Below are positions 42,971 to 52,315 of a stretch of 64,000 bases of DNA, piece after piece. The stretch spans positions 15,752-79,751 of the forward strand of contig JAKPFN010000046.1 in NCBI GenBank assembly GCA_029551395.1. The letters run 5' to 3'. A model generated the notes under the pieces. The model saw only the letters and a program-made list of their open reading frames with translations, searched no databases and was not told the DNA's origin. Source of the stretch: Armatimonadota bacterium. GTDB lineage: Bacteria > Armatimonadota > UBA5829 > DTLH01. Each line of letters opens with the position of its first letter. Position 1 is the first letter of the stretch. Made by a program: the position numbers and the translations under genes.

Positions 42971-43784
42971 TTGGAATACCAGCAAGTTGCTTGAAACCTG
43001 TCTTGAGTCGATTTACCGGAATCCTCCGGCATTCAACTTCGAGGTGGTTGTAGTTGATAACGCGTCTTCTGACTTCAATCCCAAAGAAATGGCTGAGAAG
43101 TTCAAACAAACGGTGTTTATCGTAAACAGCGAGAACCTGGGATATGCTGAAGGCAATAATCAGGCAATTAAAGCTGTTAGTGGAGACTATGTACTTCTGC
43201 TAAACCCGGATACAGAGGTTAAGAACGATGCTCTTACGGTACTCGTAGAGTTTATGGAAGCACATCCAGAAGCTGCTGCTGCTGGATGCAGGCTCGTCAG
43301 ACCAGATGGCACAATTGACCGATCCTGCAGAGGCTTTCCTGAGCCAGGTCCGGTAGCTGCTGAGTTCTTTGGATTATCGAGATTGTTTCCCAACAGCAGA
43401 AAACTTGGCGCATACAGAATGACGTGGTTTGATTACAATGAAGAGGTTTCTGTCGATCAGCCAATGGGTTCATGTCTTATACTGAACCGCAAGACCATTA
43501 ATGAAATAGGTGTATTTGATCAAGATTTTCCGATATTCTTTAACGAAGTTGACTGGTGTTACAGGGCAAAACAAGCCAGATGGCAGATATACTTTACTCC
43601 ATCAGCCGAGATAATCCATCATGGTGGTGGAAGCACAAAGCAGGTCCGCCGTGAAATGAGAAGAGAATCGCACCGGTCGCTTATTCGGTTCTACAGGAAG
43701 CATTACAAAAAGCGGCTGTTTCCACCTGTGTATTGGTTTATTATTGCGTCAATAAAAGTCAGCGAGGTTCTTGGTGGCAGATAA
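42945..43784 (+). CDS. GT2 glycosyltransferase (WbbL-like)
   Basis: LSIIIVNWN, VVDNASSD, LLLNPD, FFNEVDWC; GTG start assumed. Confidence 0.9.
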   Translation: MRLSIIIVNWNTSKLLETCLESIYRNPPAFNFEVVVVDNASSDFNPKEMAEKFKQTVFIVNSENLGYAEGNNQAIKAVSGDYVLLLNPDTEVKNDALTVLVEFMEAHPEAAAAGCRLVRPDGTIDRSCRGFPEPGPVAAEFFGLSRLFPNSRKLGAYRMTWFDYNEEVSVDQPMGSCLILNRKTINEIGVFDQDFPIFFNEVDWCYRAKQARWQIYFTPSAEIIHHGGGSTKQVRREMRRESHRSLIRFYRKHYKKRLFPPVYWFIIASIKVSEVLGGR

Positions 43785-44685
43785 TTGTATTGATATCACA
43801 GTGAGTATAGTCAACTGGAATACCCGGGACGAGCTTCTGCGCTGTCTTGAAACCGTCACAGCACAAGAAGGCGTGTCTATGGAGATTATAGTTGTCGATA
43901 ATGCCTCTTCAGACTCAAGTGCCGAGGCTGTCGCTGAGAAGTTCCCTCAAATCCGGTTTATTGCAAATAGTAAGAACGTTGGATTCAGCAAGGCTCAGAA
44001 TCAGGCTATACGCGAGAGCAACAGCCGTTACGTTATGCTGCTGAACCCTGATGCCTTAATACATGATCGTGATACTCTTGCAAAAATCATCGAATTTGCG
44101 GATGCGAACCAGGATGTAGGCATCATTGGGCCGAAAATCGAGAATCCAGATGGCAGCTTACAGTTTTCAGCACGCCGTTTTCCTTCTATTGGCACAGGAC
44201 TGTTCCGCCGTACGCCTTTAGGCCGTCTGTTTCCAAATAATCGCTATGTCCGCAGCTACATTATGGCCGATTGGAAGCATGATGAAGTTCGGGATGTTGA
44301 TTGGGTCTCCGGTGCGGCTCTTGTTATTCGTAGAAAGACTATAGATGATATTGGCCTGCTTGATCCTGGCTTCTTTATGTATTGTGAGGATGTCGACTGG
44401 GCTTACCGAGCTAACAAAAAAGGATGGCGCGTTACATATTATCCGATGACCAAGGTAACTCACAGGATAGGCTCAGCCAGTGACCAGGTCCCAATTAAGA
44501 TGATTATCCAGTTCCACCGCAGTATGTTCCGGTTTTACCTGAAACACTACGCCAAGGGCCTTGCAGCGCTTCTAACACCTGTTGTACTTGCAGGGCTTAC
44601 AGCCAGAGCTGTCTTTTTTGTTATCCTCACAAAGGTTCCAATCTCCCAGCAGGCTCATGATGGTGGTGAACGGCTGGTTCGCTGA
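43771..44685 (+). CDS. GT2 glycosyltransferase (WbbL-like)
   Basis: SIVNWN, VVDNASSD, LLNPD, DWVSGA, FMYCEDVDW. Confidence 0.92.
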   Translation: MVADNCIDITVSIVNWNTRDELLRCLETVTAQEGVSMEIIVVDNASSDSSAEAVAEKFPQIRFIANSKNVGFSKAQNQAIRESNSRYVMLLNPDALIHDRDTLAKIIEFADANQDVGIIGPKIENPDGSLQFSARRFPSIGTGLFRRTPLGRLFPNNRYVRSYIMADWKHDEVRDVDWVSGAALVIRRKTIDDIGLLDPGFFMYCEDVDWAYRANKKGWRVTYYPMTKVTHRIGSASDQVPIKMIIQFHRSMFRFYLKHYAKGLAALLTPVVLAGLTARAVFFVILTKVPISQQAHDGGERLVR

Positions 44686-44709
44686 CCTCACCGCTGAGTG
44701 TAAAAAAGT

Positions 44710-45876
44710 TCAGTTGACTGAGGAAAGATCCACTATCTCAACATCTGTGTAGTAGTGTTTTAGTATCTTATCGTACGTATGGTTATGAGGCTCGGATGCC
44801 ATCCCGTTAGCTCCCCACTGACAGAGGCCGACGCCATGTCCGTATCCTTTACCTTCGAATATGACGTTTCCATCTTCTATTTTGACTGAGAAGATCGTGC
44901 TCTTGATGACGGTATTGCCAAGCATTGTCCTGAGCCGAGTACCACTGATTGTTCGAGAGCCTTTATCTGCCTTTATGCTAAGGTCAGTAACTCTTCCGGT
45001 TTCATCTGTGTCAGTAACAGAGATATCTTTTAGTCCGCCCAGGTCAGAATACGTCTTTGCAAGGATTTTTTCAAACTCAGCAACAGGCCAGGATTTACTC
45101 CAAGTATGCCCTTTATGTTCACAGTAGTCACAGTCTCCCTGTGCTGGTCTATCAACTACTGAAGACAGGTATGCTTGTCCACCGCTTTTGGTAATACCTC
45201 CGCAATCAGAGCAAAACTGGGCAGAAATGAGCTTTCCATTGTAAACAAGAACCTGTCCGGCAGTCTGTTTTACAGCCTCAGAGGTTGAAGGTTTCTCATA
45301 CGCTGCACCATGATAAACTTGGCAGTCCGTAGAATCGCATAAATCGAAACCGGACTTGCCATGCCGTCCCCGACTGTTCCAAGCGTAAGTTCTGGCTGCA
45401 ACAGCCTGTGCTTTGAGCGCTTCCAGATGAAAGGTTGACGGCATCTCAGAAGGTAAAACACCGCGGACGTAGTCTTCGAGGTCTACAATATTCACGCAGG
45501 ACAACTTATCATCATTCAATTTGACTTCGATCTTCCCGTGGTACTCTGCAATGGGACAATCGTTAGATGCTAGTAGCAAAATACCTTCATTTGACGCGCA
45601 GTCTATTATAATGAGGCGATCTAGTATGCCTGAAGAGCCATCTGTGCGTGACAGTATTGTTTTCGAATCTTTTACTGAAAGTGTCACTCGTTCTGCTGCT
45701 GGTATCGTGGAAAGCACTGCTCCACTTGAGTCATAGATTCGGAATTCGGCTGTTGCGCTGACTGTTATGATGGGCTGATTCTTGAACCGGCTGATAAGTC
45801 CGATGCGAAGTTCAGCCCCAGTTGCACATATGGAGAAAGATAGCAGTATTGCAGTAATTAACAGCCTCAGTATCAT
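44710..45876 (-). CDS. SpoIID/LytB-domain peptidoglycan lytic protein
   Basis: LEDYVRGVLPSEM, EALKAQAVAARTY, CQVY, GYGHGVGLCQWGA, ILKHYY. Confidence 0.94.
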   Translation of the reverse strand: MILRLLITAILLSFSICATGAELRIGLISRFKNQPIITVSATAEFRIYDSSGAVLSTIPAAERVTLSVKDSKTILSRTDGSSGILDRLIIIDCASNEGILLLASNDCPIAEYHGKIEVKLNDDKLSCVNIVDLEDYVRGVLPSEMPSTFHLEALKAQAVAARTYAWNSRGRHGKSGFDLCDSTDCQVYHGAAYEKPSTSEAVKQTAGQVLVYNGKLISAQFCSDCGGITKSGGQAYLSSVVDRPAQGDCDYCEHKGHTWSKSWPVAEFEKILAKTYSDLGGLKDISVTDTDETGRVTDLSIKADKGSRTISGTRLRTMLGNTVIKSTIFSVKIEDGNVIFEGKGYGHGVGLCQWGANGMASEPHNHTYDKILKHYYTDVEIVDLSSVN

Positions 45877-45884
45877 AAAAACAC

Positions 45885-47357
45885 CTAATTTACAGTATCT
45901 TGATCATCAGGAGCGGTGTTTGTTGTATTCTGAGAAGCATCACGTTTCTTGATTTCCTGTTTTGCAATCTCCATTTGCCTGGCGGCTGAAGCATAGCTGG
46001 GATCAATAGCAAGGACTTTTTCAAACTCTGCAATAGCTTCTTCAAACCGATCTTGCCGCAAGTAGCACCGGCCAAGCCTGAAACGAGCGTCAGTATAATC
46101 AGGATCAAACTCCAGTGCCTCGTGGAGAAGTTTGATAGCGCCATCGAGATCGCGTCCGCGAGTTGCTGCATCTATAGCATCTGCGTATCTTTGACGACTG
46201 GCTCTTCGCACCGCATCCAGCTTCCAGGGCATCTCTGGGACAAGTGCTGGTTCTGCGAAAATGCCATATTTGAGCGCAGCAACCAGTTTGATACGAGCAT
46301 CTGACTGGTTGAATGCAAATCCGACCATTCCGTTCATTTCTCGTTTTCTTGACGCATCAAGCTGCTGGAGCACCATACTGACAGATTGGCTGAAGTTCAA
46401 CCCGCAGTATACATGCCTGTTATACTGCCACCGTCTGCATCCCTCTATCCAGTTTCGGTACTGTTGTGCATTCTTTGGTCTGCTCTCATCCTTGTAGTTC
46501 ATAGGGATGTTTGCATCCAGGATACCTTCTTCCATCCAGGCTCTCCAGTCCTGATAGACCTGCACATAGGGAGAAGTGTTGCTGAAGCTGGATGAGCAAT
46601 CACCCCAGGGAATCGTTGCCGCAGTTACTTTTACTTTTGGTTTATGAAGGTTGACTTGCTGATATATTTTCCTTACAACCTTAGTTACCTGGTCTCGTCT
46701 CCACTGTTTCCATACAAGGTCGCTATTGGATGGGGTACCGGATCGATATTTTTCCGAGTTGAACGCTACAATTGCCGCAGGAGCGTAACCGAACTCTGGG
46801 CCAGGATAACGGATATAGTCCAAATGGATGCCGTCAACATCATAGTTCTTCACAATGTCCATGCATATGTTTACTATATAGTCCTGCACTTCCGGTATAC
46901 CAGGGTCCAAATACAAACCTTCACTTGCCTTAGTTTCTCCAGATGCGTTTCTGGTAATCCAATCCGGGTGTTGATGGACAACATGTGATGGATCAGTCGG
47001 CAGTTCCTGGGCAGACCATGCACGAAATGTATTCAACCATGCGTGAACTTCCAGACCTTCTGCATGAGCTTTTTCGATCACATAAGCCAGAGGGTCATAA
47101 TCGGGAAGGTTCTCGATGTTTTTCGCTCTGGGTTCAAAGCTGGACTTGTAGTAGGCATCGCCGACTTTACGAACCTGTATGAAGAGCGCGTTCAAATTGG
47201 CCTCTTTAGCAAGGCGGATAGTCTCGTCAGCTTCCTCAGGAGTAAGAAAACCGTTGGACCATGCTGTTACCCATGCTCCGCGGAACTCGTATCTCGGTCC
47301 ATCTGCAAAACACAAACTCGATGATATAAGAAGCAGTAGTGCTAAAATGTATCTAAT
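45885..47357 (-). CDS. GHL10 (DUF187/YddW-like) glycoside hydrolase with C-terminal TPRs; probable ATT start
   Basis: EFRGAWV, QVR..GDAYY.S, DPLA...AH..GLEVHAW, YDVDGIHLDYIRY, QDWRAW; signal peptide is complete only from ATT 47357. Confidence 0.88.
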   Translation of the reverse strand: MRYILALLLLISSSLCFADGPRYEFRGAWVTAWSNGFLTPEEADETIRLAKEANLNALFIQVRKVGDAYYKSSFEPRAKNIENLPDYDPLAYVIEKAHAEGLEVHAWLNTFRAWSAQELPTDPSHVVHQHPDWITRNASGETKASEGLYLDPGIPEVQDYIVNICMDIVKNYDVDGIHLDYIRYPGPEFGYAPAAIVAFNSEKYRSGTPSNSDLVWKQWRRDQVTKVVRKIYQQVNLHKPKVKVTAATIPWGDCSSSFSNTSPYVQVYQDWRAWMEEGILDANIPMNYKDESRPKNAQQYRNWIEGCRRWQYNRHVYCGLNFSQSVSMVLQQLDASRKREMNGMVGFAFNQSDARIKLVAALKYGIFAEPALVPEMPWKLDAVRRASRQRYADAIDAATRGRDLDGAIKLLHEALEFDPDYTDARFRLGRCYLRQDRFEEAIAEFEKVLAIDPSYASAARQMEIAKQEIKKRDASQNTTNTAPDDQDTVN

Positions 47358-47448
47358 TGCCCTTTTCCTCCGTGATTGGTGCTATATTATACCAGACGCA
47401 GAGTAAACAGCATGGGTTTCCTATAAAAATGTATACAACAGCTAATTA

Positions 47449-47477
47449 TTGACTCTATTCAAGCTCAGACATATTAT
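47449..47477 (+). promoter_or_regulatory. Sigma70-type promoter of alr
   Basis: TTGACT-17 nt-TATTAT. Confidence 0.6.
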
Positions 47478-47512
47478 ATAGGCACTTCGTATTACAAATT
47501 AAGGTAAACAAA

Positions 47513-48631
47513 ATGCAACACGGACACGATGCGTGGGTCGAAGTAGACCTTTCAGCTATAAAGCATAATGTAGAGCAGGTTCGGTCTTACATTGGACATG
47601 ACATACATCTAATGGCAGTAGTCAAAGCCGATGCCTATGGTCATGGTGCCGTTGAGACAGCTAAGGCTATGCTGGATGCTGGGGCAGATGCGCTTGCTGT
47701 TACAAGGCTTAACGAAGCTGCACGGTTAAGAGCAGGTGGAGTGACAGCACCTATCCTGGTTTTCGATGCAATCCAGCCTGAAGCAGCAGAAGAAGCAGTT
47801 GCACTGGATGTGGAGCTTACAGTATGTTCTCAAGAACTTGCTGCAGCGCTTGGCAATGCTGCCAGAAACGCAAATAAGCAGGTAAGTGTCCATCTAAAGG
47901 TGGATACAGGTATGGGCAGGCTGGGAGTGCTTCCCAAAGATGCTCCAAACCTTACACGCACAATAGTATCATCAGGTTTGACGCTTACAGGCACTTATAC
48001 CCATTTTGCAACTGCTGCAGAAAAAGACCTGACACTGGCAAAGGAACAATTGGAACGGTTCAAAGAGGCTATTAGGTTGATAGAGCAGGCGTTTCTTGAT
48101 CCTGGAATAGTTCATGCAGCCAATAGTGCGGCTATACTCAGGCTTCCGGAGTCTCATTTCGGAATGGTCAGGCCGGGAACGATTCTTTACGGACAATATC
48201 CATCGCGATATGTACCTCAATCGCTCGATTTGAAGGATACGTGGAAGCTAAAAGCGCGTATCAGTTGCCTGAAAACGCTTCCTGCAGGCTATAACATCGG
48301 TTATGGCGCTGAATATACTACAAGAAAAGAGAAACGCATTGCCGTAATTCCCCTTGGATGGGCAGATGGGCTGACATTGATGCCTGAAAGCATTGCAAGG
48401 AGAAGTTGGCTCAAAATGGCGCTTGCGAAGGCTTTCCATAGACCTATGTTGACTGTCAACATTCGCAGGAAAAAGGCAAAAGTGGTTGGGCGCATTGCCA
48501 TGCAGATGTGTTCTGTCGATGTGACCCGAATCCCCGATGTTTCTGTTGGTGATGAGGTTACGATTCCTGCCCGAAGAGTAACTACAAGTCCTCTCTTACC
48601 CAGAGTCTATATAAACAAGGATAGTTCCTAA
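47513..48631 (+). CDS. alr: Alanine racemase
   Basis: AVVKADAYGHG, HLKVDTGMGRLG, THFATA, HAANS, RPG, IGYG. Confidence 0.96.
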   Translation: MQHGHDAWVEVDLSAIKHNVEQVRSYIGHDIHLMAVVKADAYGHGAVETAKAMLDAGADALAVTRLNEAARLRAGGVTAPILVFDAIQPEAAEEAVALDVELTVCSQELAAALGNAARNANKQVSVHLKVDTGMGRLGVLPKDAPNLTRTIVSSGLTLTGTYTHFATAAEKDLTLAKEQLERFKEAIRLIEQAFLDPGIVHAANSAAILRLPESHFGMVRPGTILYGQYPSRYVPQSLDLKDTWKLKARISCLKTLPAGYNIGYGAEYTTRKEKRIAVIPLGWADGLTLMPESIARRSWLKMALAKAFHRPMLTVNIRRKKAKVVGRIAMQMCSVDVTRIPDVSVGDEVTIPARRVTTSPLLPRVYINKDSS

Positions 48632-48674
48632 ACCTAAAATGTTCTAAGCTCCAGCGGCTAATCATTCGCATTAT

Positions 48675-48703
48675 TTGACGACTATATGTACTAGTGTTAC
48701 ACT
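48675..48703 (+). promoter_or_regulatory. Sigma70-type promoter of the SEDS-PBP/FHA/kinase operon
   Basis: TTGACG-17 nt-TACACT with extended TG; supports ATG 48735 as the start. Confidence 0.6.
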
Positions 48704-48734
48704 TGAGTTAGCTGGAGGGGAACAGAGAGGGAAA

Positions 48735-51700
48735 ATGCTCCCGATACTACTTCTTGTTGTGTCGCTGATTGTGCTGACTGCCATCTTTGCCCGTGCACCA
48801 CGGCGGGCAGAGGGGCTGTTAATCGCCTACCTTATGCCATGCCTCGCATTCTTTGCTTACGTCACCTGGCACAACAAGACAGCAGAGCTTAACCATACAG
48901 GTGTCAACATCAATACAGCAACGCCAGCAGAAATCGCTCAAGCCACTGGAATACACTTGGAGCTTGCAGAACTACTGACTGAGTATCGAGAAACTAACGG
49001 ACGTTATTCTTCATTGTCATCTATTCCAACGTTAGGTAGTGCGAGTATTGCAGACAGGAAAGATATCAGGCAGCTTTCAGAGAAAAAAGATTGGAAAACC
49101 TTAGGGGAGATTGCAAATACCGGAAAAATCCCTGATTCTGCCCGGCCTGGATTGATCAAAGGCGTTGTTCGTGCGGCAAACCCTGGTCAAAAGCAATCTT
49201 CAGGCCTGTTGCCCGAAATGGACCTTCGCGCTAGAGCTATTCAAGCACAGCCTGATCCTGAAATAGACCTGGCTAAAAGCCCAAGAGAGATTCTCCTGGG
49301 TGTATTAGGAAATGAAGCCGTTGTAGACCGAATAATCCAGTTTAGAAGGACAGAGTGGAGACCTGCACCTGGTGAAGTACTTCGTATCTCTGACATCCCG
49401 GCTGTACCAAAAGATAAAATTGTTCTAAGAACAAAAGAAGAGGCCACTCAACTTTTCTGGCTGGTCATATTCTTACTTATTGGATTTGTGATAGGTCTGC
49501 ATGTTCACTTAAAGAGACGCAATTCAACGGCAGATGAGTTTCTACTGCCTCTTATGGGGGCGCTTGGAGTGCTCTCTGTAATCATGCTTTTTTCCGTATC
49601 ATCGCCGTTGAAAGTGCCTGCTGCTGTACCAGGTATTCCGTTGCTGTTTGGTTCTGCACAGCCCAAATATATTGGTCAGGCGCTTGCTGTGTTTCTTGGA
49701 TTGGCATTGCTTCCGTTTGCTTATCGTGGAGTTCGGTTCATAGAACGGTCGGCAACTATGGAGGTGCTGGCGCTTGCTGCTTTAGGACCGCTTGCTGCGA
49801 ATGTATTTGCCAGCAGTGGCGCGGGTTCGATTCCTGCCATTCTAATCTGTGGCGCGTTGATTGCTGCTGGCCTGTATCGTATGGAAAGACGGAAATCAGC
49901 TCAGTATACCGCTGTTGGAACTATAGTCATCGCATTGCTAGCTATAGGAAGAATCCTTGCCGGAAGGTCCGGATATGCTCCATTTTTCGAGTTTGGGAAG
50001 ATCGCTCTGATTATCTACACAGCCCGACTCTGCGCAGAACATGATTTCTTTTTTGGAGGCAAGCTCAAACAGCTTCCAAGCTCAGCAGTTGTGCATTTTG
50101 TCAGTGTTTGGTTGGTTGCGATACTGCTGACCTTGTTAGTGAAAGATATGGGAGTCCTCCTTCTTCTGTGGGTTCCATGTATCCTGCTGATTGGATTCGC
50201 ATTTTCACGCAGGGAAGTGCTTGCAGGTCTTGCAATGCTTCTCATCGGTGCAAAAATAGTCCAATTATTGTCGCTTGGACCATTTCAGGACCGGGTTGCT
50301 ATGTGGCTCAACCCGTGGACTTATATTCCAACATCCGGTTATGCCTTCAGCAGTCAGATGGCGCAGGCATTACATCGAATAGCTTCCGTGCCAAGCCCGA
50401 TTGCAGGAATGGGGCTGGGGCGCGGAACATTAGCCAGTATCGCAACGGATACGCAGGATGTAATCCTTCCGCTTTATTTCGAGCAGCTTGGTTTTATTGG
50501 CGTAGCCCTGGTAGTGCTAATCTATCTTGTCATAATGCACAGGCTTTTTAGAATCGGGGTGCATGCGCAGGATAGGTTCTCACATTGGCTGTGTCTGGGA
50601 TTTGCAAGTGTATTTGCTGTGCAAAGCGTATATATGATTGGTGCTAATTTTGGAGCATGGCCTCTGACTGGTGTCACACTTGCCCCGATTGCCTTTGGGA
50701 AAGCTGCTTGTTTTTCAGCATTTGTGATGGTATGGATTTCTCTTGGGGTTTCGGAAACTGCGGGTGAGAGTCCTGCTGGACATGTACCGAAAAAACGGGT
50801 GAGGACGATTGGATGGGTGTTTGCAGGACTCATATTGCTATCTTTATGGTCTGTAGGAAAAGCGCTTAAAATCGGTGTTATAGACCGCGATGTAAATGCT
50901 CTTGCACATTACGGACCTGGCCGCGTAATGAACTCTCGAATTGCTGCTAAACTGGCTTCATTGCCACGCGGCAGTATCCTTGCACGAGGCATGTCATCCA
51001 GTTACAAGAATACCAAGGTTCTGGCAGGACAGGATAAGAACATAAATACACGTATATACACGCTTGGGCCTGCTGCCTGGCCTGTAGTTGGCGTCACAGG
51101 GCCATTTGGAACTACAGGTGGTGAAAGCTTATGGAGAAGTTACCTGACTGGAACGCATGCGTTGGTTCAGAAAGGTTCAGTGGTAGAGAATCCTCAGATA
51201 ACGTTAGAGACTGCTCTGTTGTCTAAGTGGCGAGCAGAACATCATCCATTATGGCGAGCTAGTTCTGAATGGGATGAAAGGCTGGAGCCGCAAGATGTGC
51301 AGACTACCATTATATCTTCACTGCAACTCGAGGCTTACAGGCGGCTGTCGGATTACCTATCTGGATCGCTCCATAGAAATGGTTTGCGGCCGAGAAAGGG
51401 TGCTATACTGATTGTTGATGTGCGGACAGGCGAGTATCTTGCAAAGGTGCAATATCCATCGGTTGATCCGAACATGATCAGGTCTGGATGGATTGCTTGG
51501 GACAGGTTTGTCACCAGTCCCAATGGATATGTAGACTCGAATGGTCAGATAATCGATCTAGTCGACAACACAGACCGTGCGCCAGGGTCGACTGCAAAGC
51601 TGAATACTATTATGGCATTGCTTTCTTCAGGACAAGGAAAAGCAAAGTTCTACTGCGCGCCTGGAATCAAGGTCAATGGACATAGGATCAATGATTTTGG

Positions 51701-52313
51701 CGATGCTGCGCACGGTTGGGTTGATGCAGAAAAGATAATAAAATACAGTTGTAATAGAGGTGCGGCTCAGGCTGCACAGGCAGTTGGACCTAACCAGTTG
51801 CTTTTATTTTATCGAGAGAAATTAAGGTATCGGCTTCCACACATGCCTCGTCCGGAGGATAACTTCCGAGCTAATTATGATAAAATCGCCTTTGGACAGA
51901 CTATATCCGCCAGCTTGAAGGAGATGATGACCACCGTAAGTGCGATTGCAAGAGGTGGTGAAGCTATAGAACTGCATGTAGTCCGCAAACGGCCGGAAGA
52001 TGTAGAAAAGTGGAGAGTATGCAGCCAGAGCACAGCATCTGCGCTAACCAGATATATGGTTTCTGCAGCAAAGCCAGGTGGGACTGCATACAGCGTCTAT
52101 GAGAATAAGGTAGTCTGGCCTTCCAAGACTGGTTCCGCTGAGGTAGCTGGTGCAAAAAAGACCGACGCCTGGTTTGTAGGTTTTGCACCGGCAGATAATC
52201 CAAGGGTAGCGTTTGTCCTCTGGGTCGAAGAGGATGGCACAGGCAGCAACATGGCCAAACAAATCGGCGTTGTGCCTCTTGTGCAGCAAGCGCTTGATAT
52301 CACAGGTAAATAA
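48735..52313 (+). CDS. Fusion: ComEA-like helix-hairpin-helix + SEDS (RodA/FtsW) + class B PBP transpeptidase
   Basis: VNINTATPAEI..ATGI...LAE....YRETNGRY; SEDS motifs AD.FLLP, EFGK, KDMG, WLNPW, EQLG, PLTGV; PBP motifs PGSTAK, SCN, KTGSAE. Confidence 0.88.
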   Translation: MLPILLLVVSLIVLTAIFARAPRRAEGLLIAYLMPCLAFFAYVTWHNKTAELNHTGVNINTATPAEIAQATGIHLELAELLTEYRETNGRYSSLSSIPTLGSASIADRKDIRQLSEKKDWKTLGEIANTGKIPDSARPGLIKGVVRAANPGQKQSSGLLPEMDLRARAIQAQPDPEIDLAKSPREILLGVLGNEAVVDRIIQFRRTEWRPAPGEVLRISDIPAVPKDKIVLRTKEEATQLFWLVIFLLIGFVIGLHVHLKRRNSTADEFLLPLMGALGVLSVIMLFSVSSPLKVPAAVPGIPLLFGSAQPKYIGQALAVFLGLALLPFAYRGVRFIERSATMEVLALAALGPLAANVFASSGAGSIPAILICGALIAAGLYRMERRKSAQYTAVGTIVIALLAIGRILAGRSGYAPFFEFGKIALIIYTARLCAEHDFFFGGKLKQLPSSAVVHFVSVWLVAILLTLLVKDMGVLLLLWVPCILLIGFAFSRREVLAGLAMLLIGAKIVQLLSLGPFQDRVAMWLNPWTYIPTSGYAFSSQMAQALHRIASVPSPIAGMGLGRGTLASIATDTQDVILPLYFEQLGFIGVALVVLIYLVIMHRLFRIGVHAQDRFSHWLCLGFASVFAVQSVYMIGANFGAWPLTGVTLAPIAFGKAACFSAFVMVWISLGVSETAGESPAGHVPKKRVRTIGWVFAGLILLSLWSVGKALKIGVIDRDVNALAHYGPGRVMNSRIAAKLASLPRGSILARGMSSSYKNTKVLAGQDKNINTRIYTLGPAAWPVVGVTGPFGTTGGESLWRSYLTGTHALVQKGSVVENPQITLETALLSKWRAEHHPLWRASSEWDERLEPQDVQTTIISSLQLEAYRRLSDYLSGSLHRNGLRPRKGAILIVDVRTGEYLAKVQYPSVDPNMIRSGWIAWDRFVTSPNGYVDSNGQIIDLVDNTDRAPGSTAKLNTIMALLSSGQGKAKFYCAPGIKVNGHRINDFGDAAHGWVDAEKIIKYSCNRGAAQAAQAVGPNQLLLFYREKLRYRLPHMPRPEDNFRANYDKIAFGQTISASLKEMMTTVSAIARGGEAIELHVVRKRPEDVEKWRVCSQSTASALTRYMVSAAKPGGTAYSVYENKVVWPSKTGSAEVAGAKKTDAWFVGFAPADNPRVAFVLWVEEDGTGSNMAKQIGVVPLVQQALDITGK

Positions 52314-52315
52314 CT

